Below, piece by piece: positions 29,591 through 41,240 of a stretch of 64,000 nucleotides of DNA. The stretch lies in the IMG/VR virus record IMGVR_UViG_2778261638_000005, positions 6,684 to 70,683 of that record; one strand, written 5' to 3'. Position 1 is the first letter of the stretch. Every line of letters begins with the position of its first letter. Position numbers and translations under genes: made by a program. This DNA is from a virus. Taxonomy: Duplodnaviria; Heunggongvirae; Uroviricota; Caudoviricetes. The notes beneath the pieces were generated by a model, which saw only the letters and a list, made by a program, of their open reading frames with translations, was not told where the DNA came from and did no database searches.

Positions 29591-31663
29591 TTACCAGCCT
29601 GTAATGTAGTTATCGCCCGCGTAAATATTCAGCCCCATACCGTCCTCGGTGACGCGGGAACTGGTCAGACGTAACCCCTCGCCAAGTTCGACGCGCAGCG
29701 AGGCTTCCGCATTCACTTTTTGTTCCTGCGGTTCCTTATCCGGGGCCGTCCATTTCTGATACAGGTCGGTTACAAAACCGCCCAGATACTCCCCGGCGAC
29801 ACTGCCCAGCGTGGCACCGGCAACCGTACCCAGCGGTCCGGCAAGGCTGCCAACGGCACCGCCGAGCCATGCACCGGCTGTACTGCCAATTGCGCCTGCT
29901 TTTTCATGGGTTGACGCCTGCTCATCCATCAGGACGGGGGCAAGCTGGAGTGCCCCCATTACCGGGCCACCCAGACGTGACAACGCACGACCGGCACCTT
30001 TCCCCATCCAGCCCAGCGCCCCGGCACCTTTTGTCACAACCCGACCGATCGCACTGCCTGCAAGTTTGTTTCCGATACCGGAAAACCACCCGCCAACAGC
30101 ACGCCCGGCATCAGCCAGCTTTCCGACCGTTCCCGTAACCAGTTGCCCGGCAGCACTGCCTGCAAGCCTGCTCAGAAGACCGGATTTACCGGGTAAAGGT
30201 AATGGTGCAGGCCGTGCTGTTACCGGTACGCCGGGTGGGGGTAATGCCAGTACAGGGCGTGGTGCAGGTAATGCCAGCGGCTGTGGCCCGGACAGCAATA
30301 ACGGCTGGCGGGGTAACAGCGGGGCCATTCTTCCGCCGCTCCGTCCGCGACGACCGCCGCCACTCCCGTAGCCACCAAATCCACGGGGCCAGTTGATGAC
30401 AAACACACGCTGAATGCCAATACCCTGCAACAGCGTCTCAGACGTCATGGCATCCGGGACCGGCAGACCTGCCTGCCCACGTTTGCGGTTTCGCATCCAG
30501 CGCCACATACGACGCCCGGTTTTAAACGGATAACTGGCAACCTGCCATGAGGGTTTTGCCACGGCCCAGCCTGCTCTCAGGGCTTTATTGGCAAGCCAGA
30601 CAGACACCAGAACAGCAGCCAGTTTTTTCAGGCTGACAATATTCTGGTCAACCCATGCCAGCGCATCTTTACCCGGTTTCAGCCAGCGCCATAATTCCTG
30701 CGCCGCGATTTTTACCGTTCTGAACGTGGTCAGAAATTTCTGACCAATGTTTTCTGCCAGTGCATCAAGTTCCCCGGATTTATCCGCCATGTCGTGCCAG
30801 TTAAGCACCCGGCGCATCTCGTTCTTGATTTCTTCAAAGGGGCCGCTGTTTGCCACCTTTATGCGAAATTCAAGCAGGTTGGCTTCCATCTGGGCGAACA
30901 TCCCGTCCCAGGAGTTCATCGCACTGGCCTGTGCACCTTTTGACTGTTCTGACAGCGTACTGAATACCGTCAGAATGGATTTCATGCCCAGCTTGCCCTT
31001 TGTACCCAGATCACGGATTTTTTTAACGTCCGTTCCCGTTGCATCCGCCAGCGCCTGATAAACGTTGATACCGTAACCGGTCAGCAGGTTGGCATCCGCC
31101 GCTGTGATTTGCTGGCGGGCAAACATCTGTTTCAGTTGCAGTGAGGCACCCTGTGCAGTGGGTAAATCCCAGCCGTGCATGGCCCCCTGATCCTGCAACA
31201 TGGTGATGAACTGTTTCGTCTGTTCATCCGTCATGCCGAAGCCTTTCGACGAACGGATCTCATCAAGAACACCACTCAGCCCCCACGTGGTGTCCTTCGC
31301 GTTCTGCTTCGCCCAGGCCATCATGGCCTGCGCTCTGACCTTATCGCCGTGATACAGCGAGTTCATGGCGATGATCTGCTGCTCACGCTGGGCGGCTGCA
31401 CCAATAAACAGTTTATTGGCGGTGTAACCCACGCCAGCGATACCCAGCGCCCCGGCTGACAGCATTCGGAATGTACGGGTTGACAGTGAACCCATTCTGT
31501 CAATGGCACCAGAAACGCGCACAACCTCCATACGCAGGGCACGAAGGGAACTTTGCCCGCTACGGGACAGGGCGTTTATCTGGTTCGAATACTGGCGGGA
31601 ACGCCGGGAAAGATTGCCATTAAGATCAATAATGACAGACGCCTTTAAGCGTTTCCCGGTCAT
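29591..31663 (-). CDS. tail tape measure protein
   Basis: 690 aa, long helical N-terminal part, Pro/Gly-rich repetitive C-terminal part. Confidence 0.8.
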   Translation of the reverse strand: MTGKRLKASVIIDLNGNLSRRSRQYSNQINALSRSGQSSLRALRMEVVRVSGAIDRMGSLSTRTFRMLSAGALGIAGVGYTANKLFIGAAAQREQQIIAMNSLYHGDKVRAQAMMAWAKQNAKDTTWGLSGVLDEIRSSKGFGMTDEQTKQFITMLQDQGAMHGWDLPTAQGASLQLKQMFARQQITAADANLLTGYGINVYQALADATGTDVKKIRDLGTKGKLGMKSILTVFSTLSEQSKGAQASAMNSWDGMFAQMEANLLEFRIKVANSGPFEEIKNEMRRVLNWHDMADKSGELDALAENIGQKFLTTFRTVKIAAQELWRWLKPGKDALAWVDQNIVSLKKLAAVLVSVWLANKALRAGWAVAKPSWQVASYPFKTGRRMWRWMRNRKRGQAGLPVPDAMTSETLLQGIGIQRVFVINWPRGFGGYGSGGGRRGRSGGRMAPLLPRQPLLLSGPQPLALPAPRPVLALPPPGVPVTARPAPLPLPGKSGLLSRLAGSAAGQLVTGTVGKLADAGRAVGGWFSGIGNKLAGSAIGRVVTKGAGALGWMGKGAGRALSRLGGPVMGALQLAPVLMDEQASTHEKAGAIGSTAGAWLGGAVGSLAGPLGTVAGATLGSVAGEYLGGFVTDLYQKWTAPDKEPQEQKVNAEASLRVELGEGLRLTSSRVTEDGMGLNIYAGDNYITGW

Positions 31664-31807
31664 AGAGATTTCCTGATTTAACGGTGATATTGAGAGAGGG
31701 TTTTAGCCTGCTGGCAGTGCCGGAAAAAGCGGGACAGCGGGAGAGACAAGGCCCATTCCGGGCCACTTTTCAGAATAACGCCAATCGCTGTCGCCGCTTT
31801 CTCAATA

Positions 31808-32242
31808 TCATTCCGGCACCGCAGCCACTCGCCCCCGTTCTTGTGTCAGCGATGCTGCCACAGCCATGTCGTACATTTCTGTAGCCAGCGACAGACGCTG
31901 GAAGTCATCAACAGACAGCTTGCGCATCAGCGCCAGCGATAACGGGCCTTTGATGCAACCCACGCTGGCAATCTGTCGGCGCAGCATTTCCAGTCCCATC
32001 CGGGACGGGGAACTGACCAGCACCGGGCCTTCCTTGCTCATTACCAGCTTTTCAGCAGCCGCCTGGGCATCAATCAGATCGCCTGCGGTCAGTTCACGCA
32101 GCGTCACGTCATACTGCATTTCAGTCTCGTCACCGGTGCCGAACGGCAGGCCGTCTTTCAGTTTCAGCACGCCGGACTGAATTTCTGCCACAATGCTGTC
32201 ATGCAGTTCCTGTGCTTCAGGACCTAAATTCATTTCGTCCAT
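31808..32242 (-). CDS. tail assembly chaperone (Mu gp41 position)
   Basis: 144 aa between tube and tape measure. Confidence 0.55.
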   Translation of the reverse strand: MDEMNLGPEAQELHDSIVAEIQSGVLKLKDGLPFGTGDETEMQYDVTLRELTAGDLIDAQAAAEKLVMSKEGPVLVSSPSRMGLEMLRRQIASVGCIKGPLSLALMRKLSVDDFQRLSLATEMYDMAVAASLTQERGRVAAVPE

Positions 32243-32251
32243 TGTTTCCCC

Positions 32252-32608
32252 TTATGCAATGCGTTTGCTTTGTTTTGCCATCAGTACCAGCGAAATTTCG
32301 CCGCCGTCGTTTTTCGGTTCATCTGCCTGCCAGGCATTCGCCATCATCCAGGTTTCACCGGTGTCTGCCTGAAACTCTGCCGTGATGTTTTCCCAGCCGA
32401 TGATTTCATCCAGACCGATATCACCACCGCCCGGAATTTTGCATTCCAGCTTTGCGGCACGTGGTTTACCTTTCCAGCCATAAACCCGCGAGCCGGTCAC
32501 TTCTTCACGGGTGATACCGGAAGGCGTGAAGGAGGCACCTTCCATCGTTTCAAGCTCCATGCCATTGACACGGATGAACGCCACCCCCTGACGCTGATTT
32601 CCAGCCAT
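32252..32608 (-). CDS. tail tube protein (Mu M position)
   Basis: 118 aa directly after sheath. Confidence 0.7.
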   Translation of the reverse strand: MAGNQRQGVAFIRVNGMELETMEGASFTPSGITREEVTGSRVYGWKGKPRAAKLECKIPGGGDIGLDEIIGWENITAEFQADTGETWMMANAWQADEPKNDGGEISLVLMAKQSKRIA

Positions 32609-32617
32609 AAATGCTCC

Positions 32618-34105
32618 TTACAGAATGAACTGAACTTGTGCCGCGAAAATGCGGAACTGGTTAATCAGATTCGGGCCGCACAGCACATCAAGACGGTCTT
32701 TGTCGTCCTTGTTACGTGCCACATACAGCTCCTCTTTGAACGTGTCGAAATCCTCGACCAGTCCGGCGTTTTCCCATTCTTCAAACAGTGCCAGCAGCTC
32801 CGTTTTGATCACGGATGGCGTCACCACGGCCTGACCGGTGGCAAAGCGGGTGCCATCACTTGCCAGCTTGTAGTTCGGGAATTTCTGCGTGATGCGGGTT
32901 CGCAGTGAATAACGCAGATAACTCAGCGTGGCGATGGTATTCACGTTCAGATAAGACGGATCACTGTCACCGTACTTGTTTGTGCGGTACATCGTGATCA
33001 TGCGTTCAATCTGCATTTCACCACCATCATTCACGTTAAACGTGGAGATGCCGTCAAACAGCAGCGCATTACGTTCTGACCAGGTGAAACGATCCCCCAC
33101 CGCAGGCGGCATTCTTCCGGGCAACGTCAGCGTCTGGAGAGGACGCGCCGGGTCGATGGAAAGCGCCTGGCTGGCAACGGCACACAGTGTGGCGGCGTAC
33201 AGATATGACGGTTCCGGTGCACCGGCAATCCCCATACAGGAGATCAGATGATCATTACGACTGACACCAAACGTGGAAATATCCCCATACGTGCCGGACA
33301 GCACTGTCACGGCAAAGCCATCAGCCTGATTGACCGGTCCCCAGCGTTCCTGCAATTCAGTGCGTAACAGATTCAGGTTCGGTTCATCGGTATAGGGCAT
33401 CACAATATATTTGTATTGCAGATCGCCCATTCCCGCGATACTTGCGCTGATATCCGGGTTGCCATTTTTCCCGGAGGCGGCTTTGAATGCCGTGATAATC
33501 CCGTAAGGGGTGGTTTCACCCGCGTAATAGTTCCAGCGCACATCCACGGCAGATAATGCACCCGTAAATTTTGCACTCAGAACCACATCTGCATGGGTGT
33601 CATCATCCCCGCTGTCTGCGCGAACTTCTGCCGTCACCGGTAAATCCGGCTGGCCTTTGATTCGGGCAACCAGCAGGTCAGCCAGCGCCGCTCCCGTTGC
33701 ACCTGCTGCGACAGATACCGCCAGTCGCTGACCGGCAATGTAAGTCACAAGCGAGCCGTTTTCGCCTGCCGTTCCTGACAGTGAAATTTCACCGACAGCA
33801 GCATTACCGGTGCCGTTCCCCTGCGGAATACACCACAGCTCCGCCACGCGGTTAGCGTTCAGGAATGCATCTGCCATCAGTGCCAGCATGGAACCCTGAC
33901 CAAACGCCGCACTGGCCTGTGAGCCGGAACGGATACGGACAGGCACGTCTGGTGCCGCACTGGCTTTACTTCCGCTTTGCCCGAACATCAGCACGCGCTG
34001 ACGGGGTGCCGGTGTTCCGCTGACGGCATTACTGTTATCAAATTCGATATACGTCAGAGGAACGCGAACATCTGACGGGATCGCGTTAAATGAAATATCG
34101 CTCAT
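32618..34105 (-). CDS. contractile tail sheath protein (Mu L position)
   Basis: 495 aa, size and order. Confidence 0.8.
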   Translation of the reverse strand: MSDISFNAIPSDVRVPLTYIEFDNSNAVSGTPAPRQRVLMFGQSGSKASAAPDVPVRIRSGSQASAAFGQGSMLALMADAFLNANRVAELWCIPQGNGTGNAAVGEISLSGTAGENGSLVTYIAGQRLAVSVAAGATGAALADLLVARIKGQPDLPVTAEVRADSGDDDTHADVVLSAKFTGALSAVDVRWNYYAGETTPYGIITAFKAASGKNGNPDISASIAGMGDLQYKYIVMPYTDEPNLNLLRTELQERWGPVNQADGFAVTVLSGTYGDISTFGVSRNDHLISCMGIAGAPEPSYLYAATLCAVASQALSIDPARPLQTLTLPGRMPPAVGDRFTWSERNALLFDGISTFNVNDGGEMQIERMITMYRTNKYGDSDPSYLNVNTIATLSYLRYSLRTRITQKFPNYKLASDGTRFATGQAVVTPSVIKTELLALFEEWENAGLVEDFDTFKEELYVARNKDDKDRLDVLCGPNLINQFRIFAAQVQFIL

Positions 34106-34308
34106 TTCGATTTACTCCGTTTTTTCGGCGCAGCGTCGGTATCATCCGCCGTGTTTTCGGTGCTCCCGACTTCAACCACATCACCGGCTGCAAGGCGACG
34201 TATCCAGAAACTGTTACGGGGCTTTTCTTCTCCCTCCGGAGCCAGTAATTTCATCGTGAGCGGGTCACGGATGGCTTTTCCCGCTGCGGGTTTAATTTTC
34301 AGCATCAT
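34102..34308 (-). CDS. small Mu-type tail/head completion protein (gp38 position)
   Basis: 68 aa coupled ORF. Confidence 0.5.
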   Translation of the reverse strand: MMLKIKPAAGKAIRDPLTMKLLAPEGEEKPRNSFWIRRLAAGDVVEVGSTENTADDTDAAPKKRSKSK

Positions 34309-34840
34309 GATCCTTTTCCTGATTCACATTGATATGTGCGGCAAATTCCGGGGTTTCGTCCGGGAATTTCCAGGTCTGCCAGTGACGCTCGTAATCATCC
34401 AGCGAATCCATGTCCACCACGGACGGCAGCGGGGTAGTGCCACTGAACAGAACGCCGTAAAGCACCACACCGGCATTGATACGGTTGTCGTCACAAAGAT
34501 TTCTGACCTGCGTCAGGCTCATCCCGGTGGTCGGGCCAAACGTCTGACCGTTAACGCCGGCAATCAGTCGCTCCACAATCTGATAAATACCGGGCCGGTT
34601 TACCGGTTCCCCGTTCAGCAACTCCGCCACGACAAAAAATGCCCAGCGACTTTCAACTTCCCGACGCGTACGCCCCTCACCACAGCCCATCCATGCCAGA
34701 AATACCGATGGCGGGGCCAGAAAGAGACGGTGCACATCCTCGTTAGTCCATGTGCCGGTAAGGGGTTCCACCTGCCGCAGGGTTGCCCCAAACGACTCAC
34801 GAACGCGCGCCAGCAGTGCGGCTTCGGTTTCTTCCAGCAT
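34292..34840 (-). CDS. Mu gp37-like virion protein
   Basis: 182 aa, conserved order. Confidence 0.55.
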   Translation of the reverse strand: MLEETEAALLARVRESFGATLRQVEPLTGTWTNEDVHRLFLAPPSVFLAWMGCGEGRTRREVESRWAFFVVAELLNGEPVNRPGIYQIVERLIAGVNGQTFGPTTGMSLTQVRNLCDDNRINAGVVLYGVLFSGTTPLPSVVDMDSLDDYERHWQTWKFPDETPEFAAHINVNQEKDHDAEN

Positions 34841-35265
34841 CAGATAAACCCCTTCTGTTTTCGTGAAAAAACAGGCGGATCAGACTGAACCTGCACAAGA
34901 TCCTCTCCCTCCGGCGACGCTGCCGTTCTGCTTTCCACGCCGGGATCTGTTTTGCCATCGCGCACCTGTTCCAGCCAGCGCACCGTGTCCCTGTAAGTTG
35001 CGGTGATCTGCTCGGTGGGTTGTGATTCATTCAGATAAAACCAGGCCACCACGCAACACTGCCGTTTCAGCAGTGAGGGGACGACGGTAAGCGGCAGAAC
35101 AAAGCGCGCGGCGAGATAGCCATCAATAAAAGCCGAAGCATCTGCCAGTGCCTGTTCTGCCACGGCATCATCCGGCTGCCCGTCCGCTGTTTTAGGGCGG
35201 GTGAGAATATCCAGCCGCGTACGTGTATAGCGGGCGCACAGGTCATTTACCGTCGCGTAATTCAT
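34840..35265 (-). CDS. Mu gp36-like head-tail joining protein
   Basis: 141 aa, conserved order. Confidence 0.55.
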   Translation of the reverse strand: MNYATVNDLCARYTRTRLDILTRPKTADGQPDDAVAEQALADASAFIDGYLAARFVLPLTVVPSLLKRQCCVVAWFYLNESQPTEQITATYRDTVRWLEQVRDGKTDPGVESRTAASPEGEDLVQVQSDPPVFSRKQKGFI

Positions 35266-35672
35266 GCATCCGCCTCAGCCAGCGCCGCTTTGATTTGCGC
35301 ACTGCTCACCGGTTCCCCCAGCGCCGCACTGACGGCTTTCACTTTGGGTTCTCCCCCTGCGGTAAAGTGCTCCGGGTTTGCCTTATCCAGACCGGCAACG
35401 GTCGCACGGATACGGGTATTCAGATCGCCCACACCCAGAACGTCCAGCCCCCCAGCCTCAGCGAGCGTTTCTGCTGACGATGCAGATACCACAGACAGCA
35501 CGCTGTCGGCACGAATGATCGCCAGTTGTTCTTCGGTGACTTCCACGGTGTTTTCGCCACGCGTAAAGGCGATTCCGGCGCGGCGGTAGACCGGACGAAG
35601 GCATTTAATAATCGCCGTGCAAGTGATGCGAGAAGTGTCCAGCCGTTGTGAATTAAGCGAAGTGCCTGACAT
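35262..35672 (-). CDS. Mu gp35-like protein
   Basis: 136 aa, downstream of major head gene. Confidence 0.5.
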   Translation of the reverse strand: MSGTSLNSQRLDTSRITCTAIIKCLRPVYRRAGIAFTRGENTVEVTEEQLAIIRADSVLSVVSASSAETLAEAGGLDVLGVGDLNTRIRATVAGLDKANPEHFTAGGEPKVKAVSAALGEPVSSAQIKAALAEADA

Positions 35673-35738
35673 AACACATGCTCCTCCTTTTCCTTTAAAT
35701 CAGGTTAAAAGGCGGTCTGAACCGCCTTTTAATGACGG

Positions 35739-36656
35739 TTACAGGTAGTCAGCGACAACCAGTTGCAGCTTGCCCTTCATCTCGTTGGAGACGGTGGTAT
35801 TGCCATCCGCGAACAGTTCACGGTTAAGCAGTTGCTCTGCGGCTTTTTCCAGCCCGACCGGTACAACGATATGCGTCGGCTTCAGGCCCAGCTTCTTACC
35901 GCCATCACCTTCAAAAGATCGCATCAGTTGCCAGCCCTTCCAGAGGTTATCCAGCGTCAGATCGCCTTTTACCGCGACAGCCATCTGCCAGAAGCCGTAA
36001 CCGGCAGCACGGCGGGCGCTGGCACCAAACAGGAACTCGTTATCCATAAAAACGTGGTCGTCATCGATACGGGTACGTGCGACCAGCTCCGGTTTGCGGC
36101 GCTCCTGGAAAATCAGCGGTTTGACTGCGCGGGAGCAGTCCAGCAGATAGAACGGCAGACCGCTGAAGCTGTCCTGCTCAACGATGTTGGAGGTATTAAC
36201 CGCGCTGCCCGTGCCGTCCACATTCGGATATACCGGATGCTCCTTGTCGAAGAAGTTCTGACCGTCATAGCACGGCTGGGTAAAGCCATCTTTCAGAAGT
36301 TTAAAAATCAGCTCATCCGGCTGAACTGCCGCAGAACGGCCCATCTCCTGAAAAATCGGCGCATAAATACCCAAATTGTCATCGTCAAAGTCATCGCGGG
36401 AAATACCCACGGTGCCTTCAAACGTTTTATTGGCGATGGAGTAGCCATGCGCTTCCATTTGCTGAATGGTTCGCTTACCCACCCATTCTTTCAGGGTCGG
36501 GAATTTACCCAGCCAGCCATAGGTATTACTGCGGGTGGAAGAGTTCACCACCATTGCAATTTTGCTGTACTGCGACGGGGCGTCTTCAAGACCGCCCTGA
36601 AAATCCTTACGCCAGGAGGTCATCAGGGCTTTAATGGATGCCGGGGTGACAATCAT
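35739..36656 (-). CDS. Mu-type major head subunit (T)
   Basis: 305 aa after protease/scaffold gene; matches Mu T size. Confidence 0.8.
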   Translation of the reverse strand: MIVTPASIKALMTSWRKDFQGGLEDAPSQYSKIAMVVNSSTRSNTYGWLGKFPTLKEWVGKRTIQQMEAHGYSIANKTFEGTVGISRDDFDDDNLGIYAPIFQEMGRSAAVQPDELIFKLLKDGFTQPCYDGQNFFDKEHPVYPNVDGTGSAVNTSNIVEQDSFSGLPFYLLDCSRAVKPLIFQERRKPELVARTRIDDDHVFMDNEFLFGASARRAAGYGFWQMAVAVKGDLTLDNLWKGWQLMRSFEGDGGKKLGLKPTHIVVPVGLEKAAEQLLNRELFADGNTTVSNEMKGKLQLVVADYL

Positions 36657-37738
36657 TTTTCTTGTTCCTGTTTCATTTTCAGATACTCAGCCTCAGTAAT
36701 GCCGAGCGCCTTCACTGCTGCCTGTTCATCAGCAGACAGCACCGCCACCGCCGGTTTTTCCTGCGACGGGATTTTCGCTGTGGTGGTCTGCATGGCAGAT
36801 AACGCAGCGATGGGCTGTTTTTTCTCAAGCTGTGCCGACAGTGCCGCCACGCCAATCTGACCGCCAAGCTGTTCCAGATAGGTACGTTCGCTTTTGAAAA
36901 TGCGGCCTTCCTGTTCCGCCTTGTCCAGAACGGCGCTCAGGCTGGCTGTGGCGCTTTGTGCAGTCGCCTGTGCCAGTTCATCACGCAGGGCGTTGTAGCT
37001 TTCCACAGGGACGTATTTCGTCAGGTCAACGGCGGCTTTCTGTGCCTTTTCCAGTTCGGCGGATAACGACGCCACTTTTCCGGCATCTGTTTCGAGCGCA
37101 TCAAGCGCACTCAGGGCCGCGCTGGCCTGTTCATCGGTGATGTCTGCATTTTCGGGGACAGTCACCCCAAGACGCGCAAGCAGCTTGCGCAGCGTTTCAT
37201 TCATGGGTTTGTTCTCCTGTTGAAGGATGTCGGGAAGGTCTGCCGCCAGTGCGGTCAGCTTTTTCATGCCGGTGGCACCGGGGTCATTGGTCAGCGCAGC
37301 AAGGCGGATTTGCAGCACCGCACCGGAGGCGGTGTCATACGGAAAAACAGCAGAGAGATAACCAAATTCGCCGTCATCGATGCGCTGCTGGGCCGCCGCC
37401 GTCCAGCGTGGGTGGATAAATAACCCTTCACCTTCACGCCACTGCATTTCATCGGCGTTAAACCAGCCAGCCGCGACGAGTTGTTCCGGGGGTAATCCTT
37501 TGTCCTTACGTAGCTGGTTATGCTCGTAATCAATCAGCACGTCCTGGTTGAGCGCGCGAACGCCTTCAACCAGACGCCCGGCAATCTCACCGTCGATGAA
37601 CCACCCCTGACCACCTGTCACATCAAACGGGCGACCATCACGGGCACTGAAATGACCGGCAGGCAATAGCTGGCACCAGCCGTCATCGTCAATGGACAGC
37701 GCATTCAGTGCGGCAATGCCAATCGCGTGTTTTTTCAT
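36653..37738 (-). CDS. Mu I-like head protease/scaffold
   Basis: 361 aa; N-terminal protease-like domain and Ala-rich coiled-coil C-terminal scaffold domain. Confidence 0.75.
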   Translation of the reverse strand: MKKHAIGIAALNALSIDDDGWCQLLPAGHFSARDGRPFDVTGGQGWFIDGEIAGRLVEGVRALNQDVLIDYEHNQLRKDKGLPPEQLVAAGWFNADEMQWREGEGLFIHPRWTAAAQQRIDDGEFGYLSAVFPYDTASGAVLQIRLAALTNDPGATGMKKLTALAADLPDILQQENKPMNETLRKLLARLGVTVPENADITDEQASAALSALDALETDAGKVASLSAELEKAQKAAVDLTKYVPVESYNALRDELAQATAQSATASLSAVLDKAEQEGRIFKSERTYLEQLGGQIGVAALSAQLEKKQPIAALSAMQTTTAKIPSQEKPAVAVLSADEQAAVKALGITEAEYLKMKQEQEK

Positions 37739-37934
37739 GTCCTGCTGCTCATCATGGTTTGTGAGCAGTCAGTTTGCGGGAGGTGCGGGAAAATCTGGGG
37801 TTATGCTATTTGAGTACTGGAGAAAGAAAGTGGAAGGAAGATAAAACGGGATTCATACACCGTTAAATACCGGTTTAAAAATCCCGTGGCGCGTTTTAAA
37901 AAATCTGTGCGGCTGATTTCATGTCTGATTCCGT
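37739..37934 (-). promoter_or_regulatory. central intergenic region between G and I: candidate strong gyrase site and/or C-dependent late promoter
   Basis: 196-bp non-coding gap about 18.1 kb from the left end, the position where Mu carries its SGS. Confidence 0.4.
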
Positions 37935-38405
37935 TTATTGCCTCAGAGCGGCGCTGACGCGTTTTCTGATGGCATCAAAAATTTCCTGTTCCCCGGTCTT
38001 ATCCAGCCCCATATAAGGACGCGCAGGAACGCCTGCCGGGCGGGGTGCCATATCGGGTGTACCGCCCCACTGATGAATGGCAGCATAAATTTTTGGCGAA
38101 CCAATCAGGGCATAATCCTGTCCATAATCGGTGGTAATGCTGCGCGCCAGATCGCCATGCAGGGTAAGAATACTGCCCGGAACAAATCCATGATCCTGAC
38201 GCCATGCCTGCCACGAATCGCTCCATGCTTCCCAGCCTTTCCCTGTATCCGGGTCTGCCTGCCGTTCAAATGCCTGTTCCGTGGATGACAGCAGCGCCGC
38301 AGCCATCACACGGGGAATGGCGCGGTCACGTGTAACGGTTCCCAGTTCATCCAGTGCAAGCTGAATACGTCGCACATCCACGGCAACGTTCATATCAAGA
38401 CTCAC
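37935..38405 (-). CDS. Mu G-like virion morphogenesis protein
   Basis: 156 aa, between F and I. Confidence 0.7.
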   Translation of the reverse strand: MSLDMNVAVDVRRIQLALDELGTVTRDRAIPRVMAAALLSSTEQAFERQADPDTGKGWEAWSDSWQAWRQDHGFVPGSILTLHGDLARSITTDYGQDYALIGSPKIYAAIHQWGGTPDMAPRPAGVPARPYMGLDKTGEQEIFDAIRKRVSAALRQ

Positions 38406-39757
38406 TTATTCACCTCCACATGCCCCTCCAGTACGTCAATCATCCCGTCAGCAATCGCGGCTTCAAGCGACTGTGCAGATACGCGGCTGATACTGACCAG
38501 CACATCCGCACGGTCATTCTGCCTGCCGACTGTCTGTGATGTTCTGACCACAATCCGGGCCATGCCGTCACGGGTTGCCACAACATACAGCAACTGGTGG
38601 TTCTCCCTGTCCCACAATACCGCCTGTGGTTTTGCCATCAACGACGGCAGACGCTGTAAATCCTCCGGTTTCAGGGCGGCATCAGCAGTGGTCGCCAGAC
38701 TTTTTCCATTCATTACAAGCAGACGGGCGGGCATATTCCCGGTGCGCTGATATACGGCCTTCGCCACGGATCCCGTCATAAACCCCAGCGCCCGGATTTC
38801 ATGTCCGGCCCGGCGTGATTTCGCCAGACGTTTAAGCCAGAGGGAAAAAGCAAGCTGACGCTCCCGGCTGTTATTCAGTGTCTGCACAACCTGCTCACGC
38901 AGCTGCGCGTCGTGAATTTCCACCAGTTTTCGAATCAGTGCCTGATCCGTACCAAACGCCGCCGAACCCGGGTTATATGACCAGCCCACATCCGGCGTCA
39001 TTTTTACCCGACCGTTGTCAAACGTGGTTGACGATGTGCGGAAAATCTCTCCGGTGCTTTCATCCGTACCGGCATCCACTTCGCGGGTATTCATGAATGA
39101 TGCACCATAACTGACCTGTAGCCCTGGTTCTTTCATGCGGGCCGCAGACAGCGCCCGGACGCGACAGCGGCAGTTCCAGCCATTGGGCGGGTAATGCGTC
39201 TGCCAGAAAATGTCGTCATACCGGAAAACCATATTGTGCAGCCGCGCATGTTCCGGGCGTGTTCTGCCATCCATAACGGCAACGTACTGCCAGTACGGAT
39301 ACAAATCTGCGGTATTCATCATCTGTGCATAACGTCCCGCCCCGTACGCTGTACGGGTATTGACGTTATAAATGGTTGCCAGACGACGCGGACTGCCCAG
39401 TTCGATTTCCTTCGCGTTTCCCTCTGCATCCACGATGATTTGTTTTCCCCACCATCCGAGTTTTTGCAGCCGGGGGGCCAGTGTGCGGGTAAATTCCTCA
39501 CGGGTGATGCCTTCACTGACAGCCCGCTCCACTTCCTCACGGATTGTGGTCAGGACATCCATCCGGGTGGCTTTGGCAACGGTAAAGGCGCGGGCGTGCG
39601 CGTCTGCCAGTTGTTCGTACCAGTTCCAGGTGATGTTGTAGCCTTTGGCGCGGAAATACGCGACAGCCTCCTTTGGCGGGAGGCGTGCGGCATACGCCAG
39701 ATCAATGGTCTGCTGCGGCATCCAGACGCCCCCATATATCGGCAACAAAAATGGCAC
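38402..39757 (-). CDS. Mu F-like head morphogenesis protein
   Basis: 451 aa, follows portal. Confidence 0.75.
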   Translation of the reverse strand: MPFLLPIYGGVWMPQQTIDLAYAARLPPKEAVAYFRAKGYNITWNWYEQLADAHARAFTVAKATRMDVLTTIREEVERAVSEGITREEFTRTLAPRLQKLGWWGKQIIVDAEGNAKEIELGSPRRLATIYNVNTRTAYGAGRYAQMMNTADLYPYWQYVAVMDGRTRPEHARLHNMVFRYDDIFWQTHYPPNGWNCRCRVRALSAARMKEPGLQVSYGASFMNTREVDAGTDESTGEIFRTSSTTFDNGRVKMTPDVGWSYNPGSAAFGTDQALIRKLVEIHDAQLREQVVQTLNNSRERQLAFSLWLKRLAKSRRAGHEIRALGFMTGSVAKAVYQRTGNMPARLLVMNGKSLATTADAALKPEDLQRLPSLMAKPQAVLWDRENHQLLYVVATRDGMARIVVRTSQTVGRQNDRADVLVSISRVSAQSLEAAIADGMIDVLEGHVEVNK

Positions 39758-41240
39758 GGGTCAGCATGTCGATAAGTTCTGCATCATCCATCTGCGGATA
39801 TAATGAAGCGGCTTTGTTCATGGCGGCTTCCGGGCCATCTTTCAGCACAGAAAAAATGACGGGTTTCAGCAGGGGATCAACCGAACGCTGCCAGTCTTCC
39901 GGTGAGACGCCCATCCGGTCGATATCATCCTCCTGCGGGATATCTTCAGCGGATAATGCGGCCTCTTTCTGCGGACCGTTATCCATGACGACCGGTTGAG
40001 CAGTAAACACGGCTTCATCACCGACCGGTTGTGGAATATGGAGTTTTTCCTGTATCCAGGAGACCGGAATACGCATTCCCGCCGCCAGTTTCGGAATGGC
40101 GTCAGACAGTGCCGTAATATCACCCGCTTCACTGGTATCAAATACAATGCCCGGCAGGCGGTTAATATCAATGGTGCTGTCACTGTTCAGTGCCAGCAGG
40201 GGATAAATCAGGTCACGGTTAATACTGCGGGCAAGCTGGCCCACATCCGCATTACGGATTTCCCGGCGAACCTCATCATGCACTTCACCCAGCGACCGCG
40301 CACCTTTATCGCCAGCCTCTGTGGTCAGGGTGCCGCCCAGAATGGCTTTTGAAATCGCTTTTTCTGCCCAGCCAATCATCGCCATAAAAGGGTCTGACTG
40401 ACCATCTGCGGCGCTCTGAAAATCCAGCGTCATCCCCATCGGAATAATGCCACCGGCACGTCGCCCGATATCCATCACGGCCTGCATCAGCGTGGCTTTC
40501 TCGCGGTTCGTTGAGCCGGTCGGATATTTACCGACGCGCATGGGGAGTCCGTAAATTTCCAGAAACTCTGCAAAATCACGCACGGAATAGTTTTTAAAAA
40601 TAAAAGGCCAGATAAGCGTGCGCACAAGGCCATTGGTGCCGACATACCCGGTGCGGGATTTGGCCCGGTGCATAAACCAGCCGAACGGTTGCAGCTCCAG
40701 CCCGTGATAAGACGCATCACGCAGGCGTAATTCGTTCAGATTGTCGGGGTTCGCGCAGAACAGCGCCGGATCGCGATGATGCAGCGCCACCGGCACGCGC
40801 ATTTTCCCCAGCCAGCCCCATTCAATCTCCTGCATGGAATAGCCCTTGAGAATGGCATCACCGGCATCAAACAGGGCATCTTCAAACCACGCCGCATCAT
40901 GCAGATATTCATTCAGCATGTCGGCGTCTTTTTTCTCCTGTGCGCTGGCATCACGTGCCGGAGCGATGCGCCATTCCAGCGCCTGAATGGCAAGGCGGCG
41001 TTTGCTCAGTTCGGAAAAAAGGTGGGTGTCCTTTTCTTCCATATCAAAGGCCAGGTCAGCCTGTGCTGTCAGATCACCGCGTTCGGCATCACGCAGCATC
41101 TGCGCGGCCCGGTTCGGCGTCACACCACTGGAAGGATGCTCCTGCGTACGCTTCATGACCATTGCCAGCTCATCGCTGCGGGTCTGCATTTCATCGTCAA
41201 AATCAAACGGCTGCCCGGAAATATCCAGAATACGGCCCAT
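39702..41240 (-). CDS. Mu-type portal protein (gp29-like)
   Basis: 512 aa immediately after terminase large subunit. Confidence 0.8.
   Translation of the reverse strand: MGRILDISGQPFDFDDEMQTRSDELAMVMKRTQEHPSSGVTPNRAAQMLRDAERGDLTAQADLAFDMEEKDTHLFSELSKRRLAIQALEWRIAPARDASAQEKKDADMLNEYLHDAAWFEDALFDAGDAILKGYSMQEIEWGWLGKMRVPVALHHRDPALFCANPDNLNELRLRDASYHGLELQPFGWFMHRAKSRTGYVGTNGLVRTLIWPFIFKNYSVRDFAEFLEIYGLPMRVGKYPTGSTNREKATLMQAVMDIGRRAGGIIPMGMTLDFQSAADGQSDPFMAMIGWAEKAISKAILGGTLTTEAGDKGARSLGEVHDEVRREIRNADVGQLARSINRDLIYPLLALNSDSTIDINRLPGIVFDTSEAGDITALSDAIPKLAAGMRIPVSWIQEKLHIPQPVGDEAVFTAQPVVMDNGPQKEAALSAEDIPQEDDIDRMGVSPEDWQRSVDPLLKPVIFSVLKDGPEAAMNKAASLYPQMDDAELIDMLTRAIFVADIWGRLDAAADH

Noticed and set aside
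29811-30371. Pro/Ala-rich plus-strand ORFs over the tape-measure gene
   Set aside because: Produced by the GC-rich repetitive tape-measure coding sequence on the opposite strand; not independent genes.
35763-36860. 365-aa plus-strand ORF
   Set aside because: Antisense to the Mu T and I genes, Cys/Ala-rich with no motif; shadow ORF of strongly coding minus-strand sequence.
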